A stretch of 64,000 nt of DNA from the human T2T-CHM13v2.0 reference genome, Homo sapiens, in assembly GCF_009914755.1 (NCBI RefSeq), contig NC_060934.1; one strand, written 5' to 3'. The translations under genes were made by a program, and so were the position numbers. Shown here one piece after another: positions 1 to 13,243 of the stretch. The first letter of the stretch is position 1; each line of letters starts with the position of its first letter. Under the pieces are notes generated by a model. The model saw only the letters and a list, made by a program, of their open reading frames with translations, had not been told where the DNA came from and made no database searches.

Positions 1-493
1 GGTCATGTCTTCTGGCATCTTTTAATTTTGCATCACACTCATTTGGAGGCAATCAAATTAGGGCGCTCATTAGCAGCCAAGGGAGGGGAGGCTGGAGCCA
101 CACTCACTGCGGTAATGAGATCTCTGCAGTGGGATGATTCAGAAGTCGGTTGCCGGGGAGGCTGCAAGGGCACAGTGGTCACTGCCTCCTTTCAGGAAAG
201 TTGTTGGGAGGAGCAGGAGGTTGATTGTAGGAGGGAGCAAGGGTGGAGTCCAGCCCAGCTACTCACCGGGTAACTGTGGCCTTCACCGCCCACAGTGTCA
301 GACTCCTCCTCGGTGGGATAGCGGCAGTGCCTGCCTCCGAAGGCTAAATGAGTAGGAAATGAGATAAGAGGTAGAAACCATGTCTTCCTCCAGCCCTCAG
401 AGTTTGATAACCTCTGCCCTCTCATCCCATTACGGCCCCATGGACAAAGCTCCTTGGCCCCCGATTCTCACTCATGGACCTCTGGCTTGTACA

Positions 494-1095
494 TGTGAGA
501 AACAAACTTACCCGTCCAAACCCAAAGAATGGACTCAGATACCCAGAGAACAGCGAAAGTGAAACTTTTAATGATGAACTTGCAAGATCGGGTGTCTGAT
601 GGACAAGCACACCCAGCAGTTTCGACAAGCAGTTTATCCCTAGAGTACGGGTCCCTCCCCCAGTTGCTCATAGACTGAGTACTATGGGGTCACAATTTTC
701 CCGGATGTTGCCTATTGATTGTTAGGTAGGGGCTTTAGGTGTTTTTTTTTAGGGTTGTCTTGCTGCATTTTGTTGCAGCTCACAATGCATTGCAATCCTA
801 GTCAGCTCAGGGGCTCTTCAAGTGTTTGACTTATGACCTAAGTAGCTAGGCAGGCTGACAAGAAGAGACAAATCAAGCTATCTTGCAGACTAATAAACTT
901 TTATCTAAACTTCTTTGGTTCGGGTGAGGGCAACTAAGGGGGTGGGGAAGAGGGAAGAAGGGGGAGGCCGACAAGCAGGCAGCAGCTATCCAAGCAGGGG
1001 CCTAGTATGTCCTGTTGCTTCTATAGTTTGCTGACCTAAGCCGATTCAAGGCACTTGGTCTTGGAAATGGACCACTGTATACATTATTTCCTTCA
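494..1095 (-). mobile_element. ERV1 solo LTR, LTR10C-like (HERV-I family)
   Basis: Minus strand starts TGAAGGAAATAATGTATACAGTGGTCCATTTCCAAGAC and ends GGGTTTGGACGGGTAAGTTTGTTTCTCACA. TG...CA termini, about 600 bp, ATTAAA near the 3' end. Confidence 0.7.
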
Positions 1096-1369
1096 GACAC
1101 CCACCGTGGACACAATGCTCAGCTCATCCTGGCAGCCTGGCGAGATATGGCCTTGCCGCTAGAGCCGTTCCAGGCATCCCTACCCCAGACCAGGGGACTG
1201 GTCCAAGAGACCTGAGCTGGAACCTGAGAAGGACATCCAGGCAGCAGCCAAATAGGTGCCTGGTGCAAACAGGTGTTCAGGAAACACGGGCTTTCTCATC
1301 CACCCCAGTCCCTGCACAGGGCCGAGGAGGAGGAGGGCAGGCAGCTTTCTTGTCTGGCACAATCATTCA

Positions 1370-1590
1370 CTTATCGAATACCTCATATGCCTGTGGTGCC
1401 AGGCGGGGTGCAGAATGTTATCCCATTCCATCCTCACTGACCATAAGGGAAGTATGAACACGTTTCACTTTGTAGATGAGGAAACTGAGTCCCAGTGAGA
1501 ATAGGCATTTGCTCATGGCCACACAGCAGGTAAGAGATGGAGTCAGCAGTCAAACCCAGGTCTGACTGACTCCAGAGCCTGCGCACTCTC
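1370..1590 (-). mobile_element. MIR SINE fragment
   Basis: MIR core TTTGTAGATGAGGAAACTGAG...CACACAGC...CAAACCCAGGTCTGACTGACTCCAGAGCC. Confidence 0.75.
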
Positions 1591-1930
1591 TGACAAGCAG
1601 CTCCACAGAACCGTGGCTGCCCAAGCAGGTGACTCCACAAAGAGCCTGGAGCCTCTGGGACCTGGACAGGGAAGTAGATTGCAGCCTTGTGAGAGTTACA
1701 TCATGTGATGAGGGCTTTCTGATCCCACAGTCTACAGAGGGAACCACAGCTGGAGCTGAGCAAAGCCAGCTCATCCAGGCAGGGGCTCCAGTGAGTGCGC
1801 CCTGCTGCTCGCCAGGTGGTCAGCCTTCCAGCTTCCCCAGGGACTACCTACATGTCCCCCCAATGCTTACTGCCCACTCCCAGGAGGGGCTGCGTGTCAG
1901 AGCAGGCCAGAGCACCAGATGCCCTGTAAG

Positions 1931-2087
1931 GGTGTGTCTCTGTGTGTTTGTGTATGTGAGTGTGCACACACATGCATGTGGAAATGTGCGTGGGTGCGTA
2001 TACACTTGTGTGCATGCACAGGACTGTGTGTGCTTATAAGTGTGTGTCTCTGTGAGTGTGTGAGAGTGTGTGTGTGTAAGTGTGTGA
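1931..2087. repeat. Degenerate (TG)n low-complexity tract
   Basis: About 155 nt of imperfect GT/CA alternation. Confidence 0.85.
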
Positions 2088-2539
2088 GGTAGGCCAAGCA
2101 ATTCCAATCACTTGTTTTCTGAAATGTCCTCAGATCCACCCAGGTGAAAGGAGCTGATAAATATGTCATTATAATCACATTTTCTACTGTTAAAATACAG
2201 TCCTGATTATATTTGCAATGACGACAGTTTACTTTACCCAACACAGTAGGTGATTCAATTAAACCTCTCCCCATCTATCCTTGGGCAGCCAGACAGGCCA
2301 GCCTTTCCAGCCACAGGGAGAAGAGGAGGCAAAGGTGACACTCCCATGGCCGCGTACTCTCTCATCACATTCTTGATGCTTCCCCTGTCTTGGTTTTTTG
2401 AGGCCCCCAGGGCTTGGCCAGGTGTCTGCTCATTAACATATTAGGCCTGAGTTCAAATCATGAGCCCCATGAGCAGAAATGCACTCCAGGCCCCCTCCCC
2501 ACTCCACAGAGCAGTGCACCTGAAGCACAGACCTGACTG

Positions 2540-3213
2540 AGTGAAGAAAGTCTTGACAGTAACCACCTGATGTTAGCACAGATGCCACAGACTTAGGGCC
2601 CTGCAGGATGCCAGCTGCATTCCCAGTGCACCCACACTTCCAATCACTGGCTACCAAGATAGAGGCTCCCACTCAGGGCTTCAAGTTGAATAAATAATTC
2701 ATTAGAATGACTCACCAACCTCTGCACTTACAATTCCAGTTTTATTGATTGGTACAAATCAGGACAAGCTAAATGAAAAGATGCACAGGGAGAGGTTTGG
2801 GGAGATTCCCAAATGTGAAGCCTCCCAGAACACGGTTATACGATTACCAACCAGGGTGGCTGCACTGAGCTACAATGTCCAGAGTTTTTATTGGGGTTTG
2901 TTACCTAGGCATGATTGATGAAATCATTGCTTACACCTTTGTACTCAATTCCAATACCCACTCTCTCCCCAGAGGTCAGGCTGATATCATGTGGCTCAAA
3001 GTCCTGACCCTTTATTCACATGGCTGGTCTTGCCATGGTTGGCCAGCCTGCATCCTGAAGCTATGGAGTCCCACCTTGAAGCACCTGGTCAGCATAAACT
3101 CCGGTGTGGCCCCAGGGACCCACGATGAATAGCAAAGACACTCCTGCCACCCTGAAAATGCCAAGCTCCCTTCCAGGAACCTGGGACAAAGCCCAAATGC
3201 TTCATTTTACAAC
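2540..3213 (-). mobile_element. MER21-family LTR
   Basis: AGAGTTTTTATTGGGGTTT...AGGCATGATTGAT and TAGCAAAGACACTCCT...CCAGGAACCTGGGACAAAG...TTTTACAACA resemble MER21 in reverse orientation. Confidence 0.6.
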
Positions 3214-4519
3214 ACCATGGGCCCCCTAAAGTGTCTGGTGGCTCTTCATTGCCTTCTGGGTAAATCCAGGCTTCAGCCTTGCCTGGAAAGCCCCTTCCTC
3301 CTTGTCTGCCCTCATCTCCCAGCTCTCTGGCCAGGTGCCTTTTGTTCCAGCCACACTGGCCTTCTTCACTTTCCAGACATACCAGGTCCTTTCCCATACC
3401 TTTGGGGTGATATCCTCCCCATCCTTTCCCCTTTCTTAATGCTTCCACTGTCTTGGCATATGTGACATCTGCTCACCTCTTCATCTCCCTAATGAGGCTA
3501 TGAGCACCCAAAGGCACCCTCAAGGCCCACACATTTTAGCTGTCCTGGAAGACCTGAAGCCACACAGTGCAAGTTCTGCAGAGACTGTGCCATTCAGAAT
3601 CCCTGAGGCCCTTGGCTGGGAGCCATATTAGTGGTCCTTCCCTGGCCTACAGAGAGGCTGCACCATTCTCGAGTCCTAAGCATGGCATGGCCACAGTACT
3701 TGCATTCACCTTTATCTCTGATCATGAAGTTGAGCAAGCAGCTGACTCAAGGGCCAATGATCCTGCCAAGGTCTTCCTACAGGTGTTCCCAGCAGGCCTG
3801 CTAGCCAGGGGTGTGGCGCCACAGGTGCTTATCATGGGCCCACTGCAGGATGGCTGGTCCCCAAGCAGCCCCACCCAGAGAAGCTTCCACCATGATCCTG
3901 AGGCAATGCCTAAGGCCTCTGGAGAATGAGGTGACTATCACTGTTGGGGGGGCATGATCAACACAGGGTGCAAGTCAGTTTCTTGGGTGCTTACAATGTT
4001 CAATTATTGAATCTGAGTGCTGGTGACATGGTTCCCTTGGCAAAGATTAATCGAACCATATAATTATAATTTGTGTATTTTTGTATATGTCTGTTCACTT
4101 CAGTAAAAATTTACATGAAATGTACTATTAAAAAAAAAGCTACTCTTGCCCCAGCTTCTTAGCATATGCATAAAGCGATGCTCTGAGAGCATCTTACTGA
4201 TCATGAGAGTTCCCCCAAGGTGTTTATAATTGGTTCTCAGAGAAATGCTGGCTCCCTCCTTCTGTCCCCTTAGCTGAAGCAGGCTGTGCATGATACAGCC
4301 AGAGGAGGGAGGCCATCAGTGTTCTGCCAGAGTTATTTGAATTTAAGCCCCTGCACTCTAGAATTCTTGAGGCTACCCAAAGCTTCATGGAGCTCATGAT
4401 GAGATTCAAGGTGCAGATTCCTATTTTGGCATCTAAATCAAGTGAGGACACATTTATGCAAGGACCTTAGGCATCCATATCAGTCACAATAAACAGTTTT
4501 TGAAATAATTTTAATTATT

Positions 4520-5150
4520 TTCAAATAATGCATAATAACCTCAAAACCTAGTGGCTTAAAACAATAATTTGTCACCATCTTTCACAGTTGAAGGAGTTGG
4601 CTTGGCTAAGCCAGGCAGGTGTTGTGTGGGGTCTCTCCCTGGGTTAGTCAGATGGCGTCTGAGTCATCCAAAGGCCCGACAGGGCTGGACATCCCAAGTG
4701 GCTTCCTCACATAGCTGGCAGCTGGGAACCGAGTGAGGGCTGTGGTCTGCAGGCCTAGGCACAGCTCCTCCATGTGGCTTGGGCCTTCTCACAGCATGGC
4801 ATCTGGATCAGAAAGGCAAGAAGTGGAAGCTGACAGCCTCTTAGCCCTGAGCTTAGAAGCGGGCACAGCACCATGTGCCTCACTCTATGGGTCAGAGAAG
4901 TCATAGAGCTCACCTAGATTCCAGGGGATGGGACAGAGACCCCACCTCTCAAGGTGAGCTCTCTAACTGGGAAATCCGTGACCATGACTTTGAAGTGAGG
5001 TTGGATCCAGGAGTCCAAGCAAGGTCCTGAACTTTCCCTCCCCGTCTCTGGCCTCTGCAGGGCTCTGTTGGGCTCCAGCTTCAGACACAGTCTCCCCAGG
5101 AGACAGCTATGGTGCTCAGCAGGTCCAAGCTCAGACTCCTTAGAGCACAT
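4520..5150 (-). mobile_element. Old MaLR LTR fragments (MLT1 family)
   Basis: CTCAAAACCTAGTGGCTTAAAACAATAA...CTCCTCCATGTGGCTTGGGCCTTCTCACAGCATGGC is a typical MLT1 signature. Confidence 0.6.
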
Positions 5151-5712
5151 GCCGAAGGAGAGACAACTGCTCTCCCAGCACTCAGTTTCCTAACAATGGA
5201 CCCTAGTTGGCCCTGCTGTCCACGTGCTGATCCCAACCTAATAAGCACGTCCAATGTGTGACACACTCTGGCCAATGTGGGTCCTCTGACTGCCCTTGTG
5301 GTGGGCAGTGGGGGGCTCTCTTTATTATTACCCCCACCACAATCACATAGAAAGTTTGTAAAGAGGATTCCTTTTCTCAAAGCAGGGAACCACAGAGCTC
5401 ATACTGTACCCCAAGTCCCCTGCAACGTTACCTACAGGTCATGCAACCAGCATTAAGTTACAAAGAGAAAGGTGGGTACATCTGGAACTCCCTAGGCCTC
5501 CTTTTCCAGTCCCTACCTCGGGATGTCCAGCTGTCACTCCACCCCCACGTTCTCCCCCTACCCTCTGGGCCTCCAAGGCCACCTACCTCCCAGCCTTTCC
5601 TGCCTCCCTCTCCAGAAGGCCAACTGCTTCCACTGGCCACTTCAGATGGGCTCATCCCCCGGCCCTCCCCCAGCCCTCACCCTTCTCTTGAGTTCTGACA
5701 GGATAACATCGT

Positions 5713-6027
5713 TGATATGATTTGGCTTTGTCCCCACCCAAAACCTCATCTTGAATTACGATCCCCATAATCCCTACGTGTTAAAGTTAGGACTAGATAG
5801 ATGAAGGTAATTGGATAATGGGGGCGGTTTCCCCCATGCTGTTCTCATGATAGTGAGTGAGTCTCGTGAGATCTGATGGCTTTATAAGTGCCCAGCATTT
5901 CTCCTGCTAACACTCATTCTCTCTCCTGCTGCCCTGTGAAGAACTGTGAGTCTATTAAACCTCTTTTCTTTAGAAATTACCCAGTCTTGGGTGTTTCTTC
6001 ATAGCAGCATGAAAAAGGACTAATACA
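5713..6027 (+). mobile_element. THE1 (THE1C/D-like) MaLR LTR with an internal deletion
   Basis: TGATATGATTTGGCTTTGTCCCCACCCAAA ... GCAGCATGAAAAAGGACTAATACA termini. Confidence 0.85.
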
Positions 6028-6207
6028 ACTGGCTTCTAGGGTTAGCCGGGGAGTACCTCCGGCATAGACTGGGGGCCACATGGACTCAACATCAGACCAC
6101 AGGCCTGTTAGAGGAGGAGGCGAAGCCGTCGGTGGAAGGCACACGAGGGATCTGAGTCCTTTTCCTCCCTGCCTGTCTGTGGCCCAGGGAGCCAGTGGTG
6201 GAGATGA

Positions 6208-6528
<321 letters not shown>

Positions 6529-6609
6529 TAGGTTTCAGAGGCCATGCAGGTGAATGGAGGGACAGTCATGGTGTTCTGTCTTTTGTTATGGAATAGTTAT
6601 TATTAAAAT

Positions 6610-7126
6610 CCTGGAGTGGGTTGAATTGTGGCCCCCACAAAAGGTTGGTCTGGGTCCAAATTCCTGGATCCTGTGACTATAACCTTATTTGGATAAAACA
6701 GCTTTGTAGATGTAATTAAATTAAGGATCTTCAGGTAAGTTCATCCTGACTTTGCCATTTTTAATTAAGTTGTTTGTCTTCTTATTATTGAATTGCAGGA
6801 GTAATTTTTATATTTTTGATACCAGTACTTTGTTAGATATAAGTTTGAGTACTCAGTCCTTGTAAGAGACAGAAAAGGAGAGACACACACAGAGGAGAAG
6901 GCTATGGGAGGCTGGAGGCAGAGATCAGAGCCACGAGCCAAGCTTGGAGCTACTGGAAGCAGGAAAGCAAAGAAGAACCTTGCCTGGAGCCTAAGTAGGG
7001 AGCACAGCCCTGTGACACTGTGATTTCGGACTTCTGACTTCCAGAACCGTGAGATAATAAATTTCTGTTCTTTTAAACCATGAAGTTTGTGGCAATTTGT
7101 TACGGCAGCCCTAAGAAAATAATACA
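6610..7126 (+). mobile_element. MLT1 (C/D-like) LTR containing a ~95-bp L1-like insert at about 6755-6850
   Basis: GGGTTGAATTGTGGCCCCC...GACTTCCAGAACCGTGAGATAATAAATTTCTGTTCTTTTAAACCA...AAATAATACA. Confidence 0.7.
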
Positions 7127-8208
7127 AATCTTCTTTCACTGTCAAAAGTGCCTGGGTTGGAATCTATTGTAAGGACTCCCAGAGAGCTCTCGGGAAAGGA
7201 AACAAGAAGCCGGTCCCCTAGGCCTGGGCCTGACTGAGGCCGGGACCAGAGGCTCAGGTGGGGCCCTGGAGGCCAGCAGGAGGGCCCAGCCCAGTCACCA
7301 GTACAGGAGATTGACAGGAATGAAAGAAAATGTGTTGAGGGGTGTGCCTTAGGTCACGGGTCCCCAGCAGCCAGCAGCATCCGGAGGCTAGCTGGGGTCC
7401 TGGGTCCTGGCCATCTTTAGTCCTCAGAGACACAACTGACGTGCGTGTTGGTCCATCCTCAGGCTCACAGCCCTGAAATCTCTCTCCTCTGAGACAGAAA
7501 AGGAAGTTCATGTCAGAATCGGAGCACAGAGAGATCATGAATAAGCTGATGTCAGTGGCCCACTCACTGCCAACCTTGCTCAGCTCTGAGCATGATTATA
7601 CCCAATCAAAGCATGGAAAATCAATGAATCTGCAGCCCAGGATACTGGGTACTACATCCACAGCCCAAAGAGCCTCTCCGGGGAAGGTTGCTAAGATACT
7701 AAGGGAAGGATACTTTGGAAAGATGGAGAAGTAAAAATATTTCCTACACCCTTTGTTTTGGAGAGACTATACCTGTATCTGGGATGCACAGGTGAGTTCA
7801 AACACCAAGGCGTTTGTGGATGGTGCCCAGGCTATACTCGAAGCAGAGCCGTCTCCTTCCCTGAGTGCCCTGCTCCTGAATGACCAACTGCAGGAGGTGG
7901 TGTCAGGCCCTGGGCTGTGCGAGGAAGGGAAGGCAAGACGCAGTGAGCCAGGGAAGGACACAGGACAGGGCTCATTGAAGCCCTACCCTACAGTGATACA
8001 AAACTGCTGCACAAGCTGGTCCCCAGAGAGCAACAGAGGAAGACTTAGGAGGCAGAGAGACTGGGAACACCAGTGGGGATGGGAGGGAAGTCTCCAGCCT
8101 GAAAAAGAAAATGGCCAATGGAAGAAACTAGGAAATAAAACATGGTTGCGAGTAGGGTATTCCCTACTTCTTCGTATGAGTCTGGGTTCTAGGAGGTGAA
8201 TATGCATA

Positions 8209-9717
8209 CAGTCACATGCTGTGTGACACTTCAGTCAACTACAGACGGTGATCCCATTAAATTATAATGGAGCTGAAAGAATCTTATCGCCTGGCAACAA
8301 CCTAGTGCAATGTATTATTTAGGTGTTTGTGGTGATGCTGGTGTAAACAAACCTGCACTGCCAGTTGTATAAAATCTAGCACATAGAATTATGTACAGTG
8401 CATAGTACTTGACAATGATAACAAATGACTGTTAGCAGTTTATGTATTTACTATACTATACTTTCATGATTATTTTACAATGCACTCCTTCTACTTATTA
8501 AAAAGAAAAAGTTAATGTAACACATCCTCAGGCAGGTTCTTCAGGAGGGATTCCAGAACAAGGCACTCTCATCACAGGAGATGACAGCTCCATGTGCATG
8601 ACGGCCCCAGAAGACCATCTGGTAGGACAAGATGTGGAGGTGGAACGCAGTGATATTGATAATCCTGACCCTGGGTAGGTGTGGGCTAATGTGTGTGTCT
8701 TCATTTTAATTTTTTTCTAATTTAAAATGTAAAAAAAGAAAAAAGCTTATAGGATAAGGATATAAAGAAAGAAAATATTTTTGTACAGTTATACAACATG
8801 TGTCTTAAGCTAAGTATTAATATAAAAAAGTCAAAAAGTTAAAAAAATAAAGTTGATAACATAAAGAAGCTAAGGTTCATTTATTATTGAAGGAAGAAAA
8901 AAATTTAAAATACATTTAGTGTAGCCTAAGTTTATAGTGTTTATAAAATCTGTAATAGTGTACAATGATGTCCTGGGACTTCACATTCACTCACCACTCA
9001 CTCACTAGCTCATCCAGAGCAATTTCCAGACCTGCAAGCTTCATTCATGGTAGATGCCCCACAGAGGTGCACTACTTTTTGTCTTCTATGCTGTATTTTC
9101 ACTCTACCCTTCCTATGTTTAGCTATGTTTGGATATACAAATATTACCGTGTTACAGTTGCCTGCAGTATTCAGTACAGTCACATGCTGCACAGATTGGT
9201 AGCCTAGGAGCAACAGGCTATGCCATAGAGCCCAGGTATGTAATGGGCTGTACCATTTAGGTTTGTGTAAGTACACTCTATGATGTTCACACAATGACAA
9301 AATCCCCTAATGATGTGTTTCTGAGAACGCATCACTGTCATTGAGCATCGTTGTGTATTAATTCATTTTCAAGCTGCTGATAGAGACATACCCAAGACTG
9401 GGCAATTTACAAAAAAAAAAAGATTTAATGGACTTACAGTTCCAGGTGGCTGGGGAGGCCTCACAATCACGGCGGGAGGCAAGGAGGAGCAAGTCACGTC
9501 TTACATGGTTAGCAGCAGGCAAAGAGAGAGCTTGTGCAAGGGAACTCCCCCTTATAATACCATCACATCTCATGAGGTTTATTCACTATCATGAGAACAG
9601 CAGAGTAAAGATCTGCCCCCATGATTCCATTGCCCTCCACTGGGTCCCTCCCACAACACATGGGAATTCAAGATGAGATTTGGGTGGGGACACAGCCAAA
9701 CTATACCACCATGACTG
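8209..9717. mobile_element. Tigger3 (Tigger3b/Golem-like) DNA transposon with its right TIR interrupted by a THE1 LTR
   Basis: TA-CAGTCA... and ...CATGACTG-TA termini with TA target sites; internal TGTTTGTGGTGATGCTGGTGTAAACAAACCTGCACTGCCAG and GGTTTGTGTAAGTACACTCTATGATGTTCACACAATGAC. Confidence 0.8.
9354..9708 (-). mobile_element. THE1B-like MaLR LTR
   Basis: TGTATTA...GACATACCCAAGACTGGGCAATTTAC...GATTTGGGTGGGGACACAGCCAAAC. Confidence 0.88.
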
Positions 9718-9985
9718 TAGTCTCTTGTGTGGGCTCCTTTCACTCATCATAATGTTTCTGAGCTCCATTCTCCTTGTCATGTGTATCTGTAATCTCTCCT
9801 GCTTTAATGTTGGGTAGTGTTCCATTCTGCAGCAATATCACAATTTGCTTATCCATTCTACTGTCTGGGGTTTTTCCCCAGTTTGAAGCTACTAAAATTG
9901 TTATAAATATTTGTTTATAAGTCCTTGTGAACACAGGTGTTTTTATTCCTCTTGAATAAATAAATACCTAGGAGAGGAATTTCTG

Positions 9986-11135
9986 TTTTTTTTTTTATTT
10001 TTATGGGTACATAGTAGGTGTATATATTTATGGAGTACATGAGGTGTTTTGATACAGGCATGCAATGCGTAATAATCACATCACAGTAAACAAGGTATCC
10101 ATCACCTCAAGCATTTATCATTTCTTTGTGATACAAAAATTCCAATTATACACGTTTACTTATTTTTAAATATACTAAAAATTATCGTTGACTGGCCAAC
10201 CTGTTGTGCTATCAAATACTGCATCTTATTCATTGTATTTAACTCTACTTTTGTACCCATTAACCATCTCCATTTCCCACCCCCCACACCCACAACCTTT
10301 TCCCAGCTCTGGTGACCATCATTCCACTCTCTATCTCCATGAGTTCAATATTTTTAATTTTTAGCTTCCACAAATGAGTAAGAACATGCAAAATTTGTGT
10401 TTCTGTGCCTTTTTTATTTCATTTAACATTATGTCCTCTAATTCCATCCATGTTGTTGTAAATGACAGGATCTTATTCTTTTTTATGGCTGAATCGTACT
10501 CCATCGTATATATGTACCACAGTTTCTTTATCCATTTGTCTATTGGTGAACAATTAGAGTGATTTCAAATCTTGGCTATTGTGAATAGTGTTGCAATAAA
10601 CATGGAAGTGCAGCTATCTCTTTGATACACTAATTTCCTTTCTTTTGGGTATTTACCTACCAGTAGGATTGCTGGATCATAGGGTAGTTCTATTTTCAGT
10701 TGTTTGGGGAACCTCCATACTGTTCATCCTAGTGGCTGTATTAATTTACATTCCCACCAACAGTGTATAAGGGTTCACTTTTCTCCACATCCTCACCAAC
10801 ATTTGTTATTGCCTTTCTTGGATAAAAGCCACTTTAACCGGGTTGACATGAGATCCCATTGTAGTTTTGATTTGCATATCTCTGACAGTCAATGATGTTG
10901 AGCACCTTTTCATATGCCTATGTGTCATTTGTATGACCTCTTTTGAGAAGCGTCTATTCAGATATTTTACCCATTTTTAATTATATTATTAGATTTCTTC
11001 CTATTTAGTTGTTTGAGCTTTGCATAGATTCTGGTTATTGATCAGATGGGTAGTTTGCAAATATTTTCTCCCATTCTGTAGGCTGTCTCTTCACTTTGTC
11101 ATTTCCTTTGCTGTGCAGCTTTTTAACTTGATGTG
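9986..11135 (-). mobile_element. L1MA-type 3' fragment nested in the older L1M
   Basis: Poly-T then GGGTACATAGTAGGTGTATATATTTATGG, an L1MA 3'UTR; flanked by an AATTTCTG duplication. Confidence 0.75.
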
Positions 11136-12828
11136 GAAATTTCTGGTTTGTATGGTAAGTATATATTTAAATTCATAAGAAACTTCCAAACTGTTTTTCG
11201 AAGTGACAGCATTAATCCTGAATTTCCACTAACATTGTACAAGAGTTCTAGTTGCTCCCGATTCTTACAAAAATTCAGAATTGTCGATCTTTAAGTTCAG
11301 GCATCCTCATGGTGTGAGGGGTCGTCACATTTCCCTGATGTGTAATGCTGCAGTGCATCTTTTTATGTGTTTATTGGTTGTTTCGGGAAGTGTTTGCTCA
11401 AAATTTTCTGCCCATTTTGATAAAGTTGTTTTGTCTTCTTCTTACTGATCTTCCAGGGTTCTTTTTAATTTTTGCATACCATTACTTTGCCAAATACCTG
11501 TGTATATTTTCTCCTGGTCTGCAACTTGCCCTTTCATTTTCTTCATGGTGTCTTTTGTAGACCAAAAACTTTTAATTTCAATAAGGCCCATTTATCAATT
11601 TTTTTCCTCAAAAATTTTATGTGCCCTGAGAAATCTTTGCCTGCCCAAGTTGTGAAGATTTTCTCTTATGTTTTTCTCTAGAAGCTTTACAAATTTAGCT
11701 TTTATTTTTGTCTGTGATACATTTCAAGTTATGGTATAGGTAAGGGTTGAAGTTCACTTTTTTCATGTATAGATCTTCACTTGTTTTAGCACCATTTATT
11801 CAAAGACTATCTTTTTCCCCATCAAATTACTTTGGTAACTTTGTTAGGAATCAACATATTATGTATGTCCAGAAACAGGACATCTGATTCTGTTCCACTG
11901 ATGAATTGTCTAAACTGAAACCTATACCACATGTCTTCATTACTGGCTTTCCTGTAATCTTGAAATAAAGTAGATAAGTCCTCAACATTCATTCTTTGTA
12001 AAAATTGCTTTGATTATTCTAGATTATTTGTACTTCCATGTAGATTTTGGAATCGCTTTGTCAATTTCAACCAAAAATCAGGAGAGCTGACTTCTTAACA
12101 ATATTGGCAATTCACTTTGTCTCCACAATGTTTCATAGTTTTTTACATAGAGATTTTGCTCATCTTGTAAGTATTTTCAAATGGTACTATAGACAGTATT
12201 ATTTATATAATTTAATCTTCCAAATTGCCACAATTTAGGAAAACAACTGATCTTTTGTTTATTGACCATTGTATCTTATGACCTTGCTAAATTCGCTTAT
12301 TTTAGTAACTTTTTGTAAATTCCTTAGGATTTTCAAGTACATTATTATTTCTTCTATGAATGGATTCACTTTTACCTCCTCCTTTCGAATCTTATGTCGG
12401 TATTTCCTCTTACCTTATTGCACCACCTAGGACTTTTGGTACAATGTTGAATGATCATGGCAAAAGTGGACATTCCTGCCGCACTCCCAACCTGAGGAGG
12501 AAAACATTATGTCTTTCACTATCAAATTTGATAATACCTGTAGGTTTTTCATGACAGCATTTTTTCAGGTTGATGAGTTTCCCTTCTACTCCAGTGTTTT
12601 AAGAGGATTTTATTTTTTTTAAAAAAAGTACATCGTGAATGAGTATTGCATATTGTCAAATGCTTTTATAACATCTATCTAGATCATCACCTGGGTTTTC
12701 TGCTTTAAACTGCTAGAATTGCATTCATTGATTGGTCAATTGCACTGATTAACTTTGCATTTCTAGGATAAGCACTCTTGGTCATAGTGTATTACCCTCT
12801 ACATATATTCCTAGATTCAACATACTGA

Positions 12829-13243
<415 letters not shown>

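Noticed and set aside
494-1095. p53 response element in the LTR10-family LTR
   Set aside because: I found only an imperfect half-site (GGACAAGCAC), not a paired RRRCWWGYYY element.
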